Positions 45,759 to 59,900 of a stretch of DNA of 64,000 nucleotides are shown one piece after another; position 1 is the stretch's first letter; each line of letters opens with the position of its first letter. The notes below the pieces were generated by a model, which was given only the letters and a program-made list of their open reading frames with translations, made no database searches and had not been told where the DNA came from. The stretch lies in contig OZ024743.1 in the NCBI GenBank assembly GCA_964016885.1, forward strand, positions 287,990,001 to 288,054,000, read 5' to 3'. This stretch comes from Eledone cirrhosa. Taxonomy: Eukaryota. Both the position numbers and the translations under genes were made by a program.

Positions 45759-48084
45759 GGCTAGCATGCTTTTGATGACTTGTGACTAGTTAACAGCAAT
45801 GTTTTATTTTATTGGCCCAAAATCAAAATCCCTCAGCAGAGAATTACCTAAATGCAGGTAGATTTAACCTAACTCTCTTCAGAGTGACTTAATTGTTTAA
45901 GAAAAATTATTGAATAAATTAAAATTTCTCCTTATTCAATAATGCCGCTACTTTGCTAATATAGAATTAATAATATCCAATGGAAATGTTTTACTTTTTC
46001 ATTTTTTTGTTCTTTATCTTATACATTTAGTGGTCGATAGAATAACGAACCAGCCCAGGGTGGTGGATTGGTGGAATTGTTAAAGTTTCAGACGAGATGC
46101 CTTGTGATATTTCTCTCGGTTCTTTACATGTCAGTTCAAATCCCTCTGTAGGCTACTTGGGTGGTATACTTAATCTGTTGCCTGGTGTAACACCCCTACC
46201 TGGCACCTTAGGTGTTTTTAGAAGACTCATTTCAGTTGCAATCATTCGGCCCAGGTTTCCGGTTTGAGGATACTTCCTTCTGTCTTCCCCCTCCCCCTTT
46301 CCCTCCCAACAATATCAGATGCTCTGAAAAGGGTCATGAGCATTGACCTTCCCCTCTTGACTAAACATTAAAAAAAATTCCATTCTACTGTAAACCTACA
46401 AATCGTATTGTGTATCAAAGAGTTAATTGTCTGTGTTTGAGGACAACAATGAATCCTTTTTTCTTCCCCGGCACATATAAATAAATACAAATGTATACAT
46501 ACACGCACAAACACATATAAAAGCTAACAAACTATAAATGATATAAGATAAAAAAAATATTAGAAATATTTCTTTGAGACGAAGAGAGTCCTCAATGAAC
46601 TTAAGGTCAAGAATTAAGGGTTTTATTGCATTTTGTGGGGTTTTTAAAAAATATTTTTTGTCTCCTACAATGTTTTTTTTTGCTTGTTTTTGTATTATTT
46701 GTGGGTTTCTAATGGCTGAAACTGAGATTTGTCATACAATCCTCCCATTCTTTATTCCACTAAATCCGTTTACTGATATCTCCGCAAATGTCAAAGGTGA
46801 TCATCCGCTGTACGGGGCATTTAACTAGTATAATCATACATCTGATCAGCTATTTATCGGTTCATACTCCTCATTGAACAACACACACACGTACACACAC
46901 ACACACACACACATATATGTATATAATATATATATATATATATACACACACACACGCACACACACATGTATATATATATATATAAAGAGAGAGAGAGAGA
47001 GAGAGTAGTTATATTCCCCGATCACTTTTCTTAATGATATGAATGAACGGTGGCTGATTAGGTATGGTGAGGGATAGTGAGCGGACAATGTAATTCTATG
47101 ACATACATATTTCTTTTACGACACAAACAATGTAAGTGAAATTAATCGGATTACACCAGAAATCAAACATGGCACGCGAACTCCCCCCACTAGGATCTTA
47201 TCTTGCTCTCTTTGACACTCATTAAACTCTCATCTATTATTAATGATACAGAGGGTGGTAAATTGATAGAATTGGTGGAGCATCGGATAAAATGTCATTG
47301 CGGTATTTGTTATGGTTCCTTACATTTTGAATTAAAATCCCGCCGAGGTCCATATTGTCTTTCATCCTTCCGGGGTCGATGAAATAAAGCCGCAGTCAAG
47401 TACTGGGGTTGATTTGATCAACTTTGTATTTCCCATCAAATCTGCGGGCATTGTGCCGAAATTAGAAGTCATTGTTAATAATAGTAAAAGGGCGGTGGAT
47501 TCGTAGAAGCGATAGAGCATTGGAGAGTTTCTTTGGTGTCTTTGTTCCGACTCTTTATACATTAGGTTAAGACACAACCAACCAGAACTAAGCCTGTTAT
47601 GGAAGCAATGAAATAATGGACCTATCAAGTTTAGATTCTTTTACTGGACTTAGAGATTCATCAGAATGGAGCTTATCCCGGTTTCGTGTGGGGTTAAGCG
47701 ACTGGAAGTGATACCAATCTGTCGTAAGATTTACACCCATATGCCAGCCACTGGTAATCATTTTTAGCGAAGTAGACTGGGGAAACTCGAAATGAAGTGT
47801 CTTGTTCAATGACATAACACACCACCTATTCAGAGAATCGAAGCTTCAACCTAAAAAATGTGAATTCAACTCCCTAAATTTGGATAAAATAGACGGAGAA
47901 TAGTGACCAGCGGTCGGGCGCCTTTGGGCTCAATGATTAGAGCAGTCAATCAGTATCTTAGAAATATGAGTTTCAATACCTCGTAACAACCACTGACCAC
48001 TTTTCCCCGTCTATAGGGATATTTACCTGATTTTCTAAGAAAGTATACATATATACATACATATATACATACATACATATATAC

Positions 48085-48690
48085 ATGGTGGCTGCCAACT
48101 CGATTTCGAGTACGGCCACTACTTTATATCCATGTAGGAGAACCCCTACCGATGCGCTGAACGAGAGTGACTTTTTAGTCCAGCCAGCGATTTGAAAACT
48201 CTGGTACAAACACTACACTTGTGACAATTATTGACACATAGTGCTGGGCCCATGGTACCATGTGACGACAAGTGCAGAGAGATCTCCAGATACAAAGCAA
48301 TGCCTGTGCCGTGAAGCTTTTATAGTGAGCAAAGGCACTGCACAAAGCCAGTCGCACTCTCTTAACCAAGATGATATTTACCAAAAAGAAGAACAAGTCA
48401 ACATCATTGGATACCATCAGGGTTGCAGGTGTTATATCAGTTTTCCTTCTAGAATTCTGCCTTGACAAAGGCTAAGGGGTCATCTCTCCCGGTGATTTTG
48501 GATGGCCATTGACTCTTAAGAGCTCCTTTGCCCTTTGACAGGTTTTGTTTTTAGTCCTGCAGGATGTCCAAAGTCACCCTCCTCACCAAGAAACCTTGGT
48601 GGGGTTGCCAGTTTAGTCGCCAACGACCCGACCATGAGACAGGTTGTACTGGGATACATGTTACCAGTAGCACCAACTGGTGACCTGACA
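48085..48690 (-). mobile_element. ~610-bp non-coding element, copy 1
   Basis: Highly similar reverse complement of 53320-53928; flanked by TA/TACA microsatellites. Confidence 0.85.
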
Positions 48691-48809
48691 TATATACATA
48701 CATACATATATACATACATATATAGTTTCTCCCACGGTGATATACTACATATAGTAGATCATTTTATTTAACAGTAATGAGTAAAATTTACTCTCTCATA
48801 TATATATAT

Positions 48810-49438
48810 TGAAGGATTTCTTCTCTTGTTTCGTCCATATTACCATCTTAAACGTTGTTGACAGTAACCACACAGCTCTATTCGTTTCTTATAATTTTGT
48901 ATTTACCGCTGTGACCCCCCACTCTACCTGTTTTGCTCGATCTGTGCTTCCACCACGCTTTCATATTGACTCTCCCCTTCTCTCTCTTCCCCTTTTTCCT
49001 CTCTCTCGTTGCCTCTCTCGTTTTCTCTTCGATTGAGATTGCACGGTAGTACTGGGCTCCTGCTATCGCACTACCAGACTTAAGTCTAATCGGTTCGTTA
49101 TAACTTATTCTATTCTATTTTTGCTCGGTTACTCACTTGCATGTTCCATTGTCCTATCCCCCTCCCCCCCATTTGGTCTGTTTACCTGTTTTTTTTCTCT
49201 TTCTTCCTCTCTCCTCACTGCATTTCCTTTTCTTTCTTTTTTTTTCGTTTCTTTACCTCCTGGCCTTTTGATTGCTAAAAAGCCTTGGGCGCGCCGCTGA
49301 TCGTTTTTGATGTCCTGTATTAAGCGCCGAAACATCTATGATCTCGGTTTACAGCTGATGAAAGATTTCTTCTCTTATTTCGTCCATATTACCCTCTTAA
49401 ACTTTGTTTACAGTAACCACACAGCTCGTTTCATTTCT

Positions 49439-49450
<12 letters not shown>
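48810..49450 (+). mobile_element. Terminally redundant element (~90-bp direct repeats, period ~549 bp) with a degenerate hammerhead in the repeat
   Basis: GAAGGATTTCTTCTCTTGTTTCGTCCATATTACC... at 48811 and 49360; second copy preceded by CTGATGA (49355); flanked by (TA)n. Confidence 0.7.
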
Positions 49451-49485
<35 letters not shown>

Positions 49486-50096
49486 AGAAAATACAGGAGA
49501 GAGAGTGTGTGCTTATCAAGTTACAGGGGATACCACTAGGGTATGGAACCTATAAACTAAGAAAGGTGAGGTAGATACATTATAATTAAAAATGTAAATT
49601 AGAATGAATTTACCCACCTTTATAACTATATATCACACACATACAAACTCAGAGAGATTGTTTCGCCAGAAACCCAGGTTCGCCAGAAACCCAGGTTCAT
49701 CAGCGTGTGGTAAGTGAATACCTTCCAAACGACTCTAAGAGAACTTAAAGTGACTGCCTTGCAACACGTGGGGAGAGAAGGAAATGCGTGTATGAGACAG
49801 TAAACCAGTGGCTTGGGTGGGATGAGCCGCTAGAAATGGTAGCTCCAAACCACTCAAATTAAGGTGCTCAATCAAACATAGAGAGAAGACCGTTGTTAGG
49901 AGCAATATATCAAAATGAGCTCATGAATGACAGCGACTAACGCGAGTTTCTGACTCCGTTACTTCATTTTTATATATATATACTGTATATATATATATAT
50001 TTATGTGTGTGTGTGGGTCTGTGTGTATGGAAAAAGCGAGGAAGTTTCATTTACATATGAAAAATACTTATTGCGTATCGACCTGTTACGCGCATC

Positions 50097-50188
50097 ACCA
50101 GTCTGAGGAGCAGATCGATACTGGAGTCGGATTCATAACCCCTATGGGCCATCTTGAACCAATCCTCTGCGAAACGCGCGTAACAGGT
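50097..50188 (+). ncRNA. Type-I hammerhead motif with extended stem-II loop
   Basis: ACCAGT CTGAGGA GCAGA ... TCTGC GAAA CGCGCG TA ACAGGT; palindromic stem III. Confidence 0.72.
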
Positions 50189-51333
50189 CGACACGCAATA
50201 TATATTTTTCATATGTAAACGAAACTTCCTCGTTTTTTTTCTATTGTGCTTGATTTGGTACCAACACTAGTATTTCATCGTACTACCTACACACACACAC
50301 ACATGTATATATATATACACACACACACACATATATATATATATATGTATATATATGTATGTATATATGTATGTATATATGTATATTTATATTTACATCA
50401 CACAAATATATACATTCATGAGTGTGAAAATGTGTGAAAATAATAACACGCTTTCAATGAATGTATGTATGGACTTCACAAATAAAATCTATGCACTTGT
50501 AAGTACAAATACGAAATTTTTGAATGAATAGACATAACCCCCCCCACACACACACACACACACGCCCACACCCACCCACACACACACACATATATATATA
50601 TGTATATATATATATATGCGTGTGTGTGTGTGTGTGTGTGTCCGTGTGCCGTTATAAGCATATGCGTTTGCATGTGAGCGTGGGCGTGTGAATATATACT
50701 CACTTAAATACAAATCAATCCCTTGATTGAATATATGCAAATGAATATGTCGGTATACGCAATATAATGTTTGCCTGTGTGTCCGTATGTGTTTGTGTGT
50801 ATGTGAGAGTGCGGATGCCGTCTTGTATGCTTAAGTATATTATTTTATGATTATGACGGTCAATGAAAATATTGAATATTGGGCGCGTTGTTTAAACAAG
50901 AAGGGACAAATATTACAGACGGACAATCTGATCGACACAAAGACACACAGACATTCAGACAGACAGACATCCATCAAGATAGCGAGGCAGACAGACAAGG
51001 CTTTTAACTTAGCCAGGTCTATCCTCTTTTGCTAATGATGTTTGAAGAAAAGGAACAGAGAAGAGCAGTATGGTTTAACACATCACCCCAAGCCTCACCA
51101 CATATACACCAACACACACACCTCCTGCACACGAACACTCTCACACACACACACACACGCACACACACACACTCACTCACACGTACACTCAAACACACGC
51201 GCGCACATAACCAAAACAAACACATATACACATACACACACTTTACTCAACTTGAAGTGGACAGATGACACTGGATAATATATCAATGGAAGAAGGACAA
51301 AAGGAGCATAGAAAACGTAGTGTGTGCGTGTGT

Positions 51334-51368
<35 letters not shown>

Positions 51369-51515
51369 CACATATATATATATATATATATGTGTGTATA
51401 TATATATATATACTGGTGGAACAGAGACGGATCGAAATTGTTTGCATGTGCATGTATATGAAAAGAGGATTGTTGTTACAAAGCAATGGTGGGGGAGTTG
51501 GTTATGACATCTCTC

Positions 51516-52720
<1,205 letters not shown>

Positions 52721-52807
52721 TCTATTCTATCTAATCTAATTATCCCTCACCCTCCCTTTCACCCTCTTTCTATATATATATACATATATATATATACACA
52801 TAAATAA

Positions 52808-52846
<39 letters not shown>

Positions 52847-52863
52847 AATAAATAAATAAATAA

Positions 52864-52894
<31 letters not shown>

Positions 52895-53121
52895 TACATA
52901 CGCGTGTGTGTGCGGATGCGTACTTGCTGCATACTGTTGAGTTGTACTGACTGACCTTCGGGTAGGTGTCAAGTAGTACATTTTGATACTTTGACACAGA
53001 AATTGGTTATTTGCAACTATTATAAATCTCCGAAGAGGCTAGCTCCGTAATTCCCCTTCACAATGTGTACCATGCACGGCATATGTGTGTCCAATGTATA
53101 CGGAAATATAATGTGTATGTA

Positions 53122-53252
<131 letters not shown>

Positions 53253-53257
53253 ATATA

Positions 53258-53310
<53 letters not shown>

Positions 53311-53319
53311 GTATATATA

Positions 53320-53928
53320 TGTCAGGTCACCAGTTGGTGCTACTGGTAACATGTATCCCAGTACAACCTGTCTCATGGTCGGGTCGTTGGCGACTAAACT
53401 GGCAACCCCACCAAGGTTTCTTGGTGAGGAGGGTGACTTTGGACATCCTGCAGGACTAAAAACAAAACCTGTCAAAGGGCAAGGGAGCTCTTAAGACTCA
53501 ATAGCCATCCAAAATCACCGGGAGAGATGACCCCTTAGCCTTTGTCAAGGCAGAATTCTAGGAGAAGGAAAACTCTGATATAACACCTGCAACCCTGATG
53601 GTATCCAATGATGTTGACTTGTTCTTCTTTTTGGTAAATATCATCTTGGTTAAGAGAGTGGGACTGGCTTTGTGCAGTGCCTTTGCTCACTATAAAAGCT
53701 TCACGGCACAGGCATTGCTTTATATCTGGAGATCTCTCTGCACTTGTCATCACATGGTACCATGGGCCCTGCACTATGTGTCAATAATGGTCACAGTGTA
53801 GTCTTTGTACCAGAGTTTTCAAGTCGCTGGCTGGACTAAAAAGTCACATTCGTTCAGCGCATCGGTAGGGGTTCTCCTACATGGATATAAAGTAGTGGCC
53901 GTACTCGAAAACGAGTTGGCAGCCACCA
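53320..53928 (+). mobile_element. ~610-bp non-coding element, copy 2
   Basis: Reverse complement of 48085-48690. Confidence 0.85.
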
Positions 53929-53940
53929 TATATATATATA

Positions 53941-54076
<136 letters not shown>

Positions 54077-54163
54077 CATATATACACGTATATGATAACC
54101 AGTAGACTACTGATGATGGACAGTCCCGTTTCTTGTTCTATTTTCATTTATATGTATCACATT

Positions 54164-54233
<70 letters not shown>

Positions 54234-54329
54234 TAAAGGTTTACATATACATAAAGTTATAGATATATATATATTGCAACCGGTCACGTTGTAGCTCTAT
54301 GAAGAATTAATAAATTAAATAATCAGAGC

Positions 54330-54692
54330 AATATATCATAAATCATGTGCTTAGAATTATTAGATAAAATATATACCATTTCCTCTCCCACTTAGCATAA
54401 TTAAGCATATAAAAAATCAATTAGACCAAGCTATAAGAATAAAGGCTCTTATGAAAAAATTTCCGACAAATAACCGAAAGCGGCCTCTTCGCGGTGGCCC
54501 CAATAGAGTATTTATCCAACATTTCGACAGCATGTAGAAACTGACTAAATATACCATAAAATCTTTCTTCATAAGAGCCTTTATTCTTATAGCTTGGTCT
54601 AATTGATTTTTTATATGGTTAATTATGCTAATTGGGAGAGGAAATGGTATATATTTTATCTAATAATTCTAAGGACATGATTTATGATATAT
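54330..54692. repeat. Inverted repeat with ~125-bp arms and ~110-bp spacer
   Basis: ATATATCATAAATCATGT...AGGCTCTTATGAA / TTCATAAGAGCCT...ACATGATTTATGATATAT. Confidence 0.9.
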
Positions 54693-54854
54693 ATAAATAT
54701 ATATATGTGTGTGTGTATGTATACATTTTATAAATGTAAGTATGTATACAATCACCACCCACCAACGCAAACAAATATTATTCATATGAAATAAATAAAT
54801 ATATTACATACAATCACATTGAATATATTTATATATATATATATATTCAATCAC

Positions 54855-54929
<75 letters not shown>

Positions 54930-54980
54930 ATGCATGTATGTATGTATGTATGTATGTATGTATGTATGTATGTATGTATG

Positions 54981-55033
<53 letters not shown>

Positions 55034-55337
55034 TAAAGTCTGTCTTAAGCCAGAAGGCACTTTTGGCCGGTGCCTATCCCGGTTTCATAGCGTGAAGCAA
55101 CTGAGAATAAAAGACCTTTCCCTGGACAGGACGCCAGTCCATCGCAGGGATAAACATCCAGCTATTTCTTCTACTCATTTTCATCTGAGTATATTGGAGC
55201 AAAGTGAAATGAAGTGTGTTGCTAAGGAACATAACACACAACCTAGGAATCGAACCAACAACATCGTATTCCAACACCCTTACCACTAGGCTCATGCCTC
55301 CACACACACACACATATATATACATATATATATATAC

Positions 55338-55377
<40 letters not shown>

Positions 55378-56224
55378 CGAAGGAAATGTGGTAAGGAACT
55401 AGGTGGACCATAACGCACCAAAGTACTCAATACTTACGGTAGTAGAGTGGGTAATAGGAACCAGTAAGACCCCGACGGCTGAGCTCAAGCCGTTTCGACG
55501 GCTAATTCTGGACTAAATGAAAATTTATCCTGGTATTTAAATAGCCGAGCTTCTCAAGGGGTAATTCCATATATGGTCAAAGTGATTGTCAAGAGTCAGT
55601 AGTATTTCTGTGATTGCAAATTAGTAGGGGAGATGGTGGCTAAACCTGCCAGTAGGAGAAAAAGGGGAGGGGGTGGAGTAGACCCAATCATGCGTTGGTA
55701 GTGCCAGCTACAGCTGGGCATGAGGTCAAAGAAGATACTGGGGAGGGGGAGGGGGAGAAAGTCGGAACGGTAGGTAGAACAATGAGGGGTAAATATATAT
55801 ATATGAAAGAAAAAATACTGAGAGTGATGAAAAGCGAATAAGTGTAAAGAAAAAAAAGTATAAAAGCAAGTTCTACGACCTAAGTCTCTAGCTATTGTTA
55901 GGCTAGATAAATAAATAAATAAATAAAGAAAGAAAGAAACAAAGAAAGAAATAAAGAAATAACGAAATAAGTAAATAAACTAGGTGGGGCGGAATAGGCA
56001 AGGACCCTTTTAAGAGGTATAAGCACGTAAATCATACGGTGACGGGTCAACAAATGGGGCCAAAATACTAAAGAAACTACCACGAAATAAATAATAAAGG
56101 TTTCTATCCCGGGCACAATGCCAGCAACCACCCAGTGCAGCAAAGTAAACTAGTAAGAGATGATAATTCTGAGTCCCGAAACAAATATATACTAATGCTA
56201 ACTCTAAAAGATCTTATACAAGCT

Positions 56225-56272
56225 ACATGAAAGTTCGTACGAAGTAAAGGTACTTCGTACGAACTTTCATGT
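56225..56272. repeat. Perfect 22-bp inverted repeat with 4-nt loop; each arm contains the palindrome TTCGTACGAA
   Basis: ACATGAAAGTTCGTACGAAGTA aagg TACTTCGTACGAACTTTCATGT. Confidence 0.95.
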
Positions 56273-56279
56273 TACAGCA

Positions 56280-56467
56280 TGTATTTAGTTTTATCGATAT
56301 TTTCATCGAAGCAGGACATTTTTGGCAAAGTTTATTACGCGTTGATCATCGTTGGTAAATTTGGAGCACATTGGAAAAAAAATCATCAAAATCGGTATAG
56401 AAATGTGGAAATGCATAAAAATCATACACACACACAGACAGACATCTTCCGTTTTATATATACAGAT
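56280..56467 (-). mobile_element. Helitron-type non-autonomous element, 5' end
   Basis: Minus strand begins A|TCTGTATATATAAAACGGAAGATGTCTGTCTGTG, a typical Helitron 5' TC start followed by a microsatellite. Confidence 0.5.
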
Positions 56468-57049
56468 ATATATATATATATATATATGAACAGGACTATG
56501 TTCTATTTTTTCTTTTCTAATAGTCTTTTATACATTATCGTATGACACCTTTGTAATTCGTTTAGAAGAAATAGATTTCTAAAACAATCATCAAAGGTTC
56601 CTGAATTCTATAGTGTCGTGGTCACTATATGAAATCTTATTGTACTCTTTACTACTTCTTTTATAGTAGGTAAATGTGATTTTGTAGAATTTGCCGACGA
56701 AAATTGCCCGTTTGAGTTATATATTAGTTATGTAGGTTTGTTCATGATTCCGGTCGAAGTAGCCGTTGGCTCGAGCGAAGCACACATATCTGTCAACCAG
56801 AATACATATAATAAATAAAACACTGCTTCTTGTACGGTGTCGACCTATTATTATATATTTGTTATTATATTTATAACTATAATTCTTGATGTCTTTGTGC
56901 CCGAGCCGCATTATTTAAGGAAAACACTGTTCATTTAAATTACTGGCAAGGGAATAACAAAGGTGCCTCAAACCTTGTCTACCTCAAAAGCTGTTTAGTT
57001 TACCTCAACTGACGGCTGTTCCCCTTAGCGGAAGCAAGAAATTAAAAAA

Positions 57050-58200
57050 GGTAAACAAAATATGCATTTCCAGATATGTTGTTGGTACGTTAGAACTCTA
57101 TCAGATAACAAAAAACTGTTGGAGTCCTGAACGCCGCACTGCTCTCTTTGCGGCAGAGCTTGACCAATATAAAATCGATATGGCAGTCTTTTCAGAGACT
57201 CGTCTACCCGAAGAACGTCAGTTAATTGAAATAGGATGTGGCTGTAATTTCTTTTTTGTTAAACCGGTGGATGAAAAATATGTGGGAGATGTCTTTACGA
57301 TCAGGACGTCATTGACTGGTGAACTGGGCGAGCTACCATCCAAGGTGCGCGACCACATGATCCCACCGCGGTTACGGCTGCCATGTAGACATCATATGAC
57401 TTTCTTCTTCGTTTATTCACCAAATATTTACTCAACAAAATGATTTCTGTTTTATGAGAATCTCGGAAATGTCAATCTCTCTACTTTGAATAGTGACAAA
57501 ATATCAATCTCTCTTAATCTTAATGACAGACTGGGTCATGATTGTAAAGTGGTCTAGTTTAGGAAGCTATAGTATTAGTAAAATGAATGATAGTGGTCTT
57601 CCCCTGTAAGCCTAGTGATAAGAAATACTGTTCACTCATAACTATATGCTCAAGATTATGTTGATGCCCCCACAATCAAAATAGGGCTATTTCATTGACT
57701 TCATCCTAATACGCAAACATGACATTCATGATGTTTGTAGTGATAAGATGTTGAGTGGAGCAGCATGCTGGGTGGATCTCTGCATTGTATGAACAAAATT
57801 GAAGCTGGTTGTTAGAAAAAAAAATCTTCAGAACAAATAAAACGAAGGCTCCAAAATGTTTGAATATTGCCAAACTCTGTGGCCCTGCAATAGCTGTATC
57901 ATTTCGCTAAATCGTTTATACCATCATTGCTGACATTCTGGGCTGCAGAACGCTTAAGCACAGAGGTTGATCTGGAAAAGAAATCCGGAAATATCTAAGC
58001 TCTTGAATGTAAAACATAAGTTGCATCATAGATTGCTTAACCCTAATTTATCTGAAGGACAACTGATGAAAGGCGGAATGTTGAAGCATATTTAAAGAGT
58101 GTTGCAACAAACCTAAGGGCCATAAAAAATTGTGGCGTTGTAAATATCAGCTGATATTCAAATAGCCTTTCATCAAAAATGTACAGCTTAATGACAGACT
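57050..58200 (+). mobile_element. Decayed RTE-clade LINE (APE endonuclease region)
   Basis: W.VRTLSD...PERRTALFAAELDQYKIDMAVFSETRLPEERQL; later PPQSK*GYFIDFILIR and ACWVDL; many frameshifts. Confidence 0.85.
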
Positions 58201-58575
58201 GGGTCAGTAATCATCTAAGAAACAACGACGGAAAAGCTAAAACTAATAAAGACAACATTACGGCAAGAAAGTGGTTTTGCTCCGAACATTAAATAGACCA
58301 ATTATTTAATATTATTTTACATCCTTACGGGGTCGATAAAATAAGGTACCAGTAATGTACTGAGTAATTGCTGGCCTTGTGCCAAAAGTAGAAACAATTA
58401 TTTTATACGTTCAATATAAGATATTCATTTAATAAGATTTGGTGTAGGTGTGCGTGGGTATGGATGTGCTTGTACTCATATATTTAAATGTAGCCATTGA
58501 TAGCCTATATTTACTTAGATGTATCACTGTGTCTACCTTCGACTGTGCTTTTATACACACACACACAAACAAACA

Positions 58576-58662
<87 letters not shown>

Positions 58663-58674
58663 GATATAATATAC

Positions 58675-58730
<56 letters not shown>

Positions 58731-59157
58731 AGTATATATATATATATAAAAACAGTATATATATATATATAAACAGTATATATATATATATATAAACAGT
58801 ATATATATATATATATACTGTTTATATATTGTATACATATATTAACTATTTGATCTTGTTTTCTTTACTGATTCATTTATACACACATACTAATATATAT
58901 GAGTGCCTGTATACGTAAATACACGCGCACACAAATATTTATATTCCCAAATATATTAATAATTTCTTCTGTCACATACACAATTATATACAAATATCAC
59001 CCTTATCTACACCCCGCCATGGGATACGCCCATACATCACTGACACTTACAATTAGTTGCATGCTGGTATTAAGAATGTCCAGAGTGGATTTTAATTATG
59101 CCAACATTTCATATTGAGGAGTCATATCGTGCGCTTTTTAGACGAGGGAATATAATG

Positions 59158-59222
<65 letters not shown>

Positions 59223-59234
59223 ATACACACACAT

Positions 59235-59265
<31 letters not shown>

Positions 59266-59869
59266 CATACACACATATTTATATATATATACACATACCC
59301 ACATATTTATAAATATAGATCTATCTATATATATATATATATATGTGCGTGTGTGTGTGTGTATAAGTTTGTGTGTATATCTGTTTATGTATATATGTGT
59401 GTCGTTATGTGTGAACGTATCAAAATATGAAATAAATTAACTCTTTTTTGTTACGTGTAGGTATATGTACGTGTGTGTATTTCTGTATATGCCTATGTGT
59501 ATATAATAAATCTTATATTAGTCAAAGTAAGCTAATACGCAGTCTTCAGTATGAAATTTCATATACGTATTTATAATTTGTGTGTTTGTGTGTTAATGTT
59601 CCGATAGCTAACCATGCAAACAGAAACATCACATTCTACTAGACAATCATATTTTAGTAGATAACTAGGTTACATACTCACTTCTCCTTTATCCTTGCAT
59701 GTCTCACTCTCATGTACTTATATATATATATCGCAAAAATGACTGAGTGGTAAAGAGTTCGCTCCTCAACTAGGTGGGTATTTGCTTCAGTCCTATTGCG
59801 TGGCATCTTCGGCAAGTGTCATCAGATATATTCTGGTATTGGCCTATAACTTGTGAATGCAGAAGCCCG

Positions 59870-59899
<30 letters not shown>

Positions 59900-59900
<1 letters not shown>

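Noticed and set aside
48175-48771. Short ORFs conserved between the 48 kb and 53 kb copies
   Set aside because: Conservation just reflects recent duplication; no domains, and ORFs occur on both strands.
53355-53410. HDV-like or twister ribozyme in the repeat head
   Set aside because: CCAGT/ACTGG and CTAA are suggestive, but there is no room for the P1 3' strand, and twister core elements are missing.
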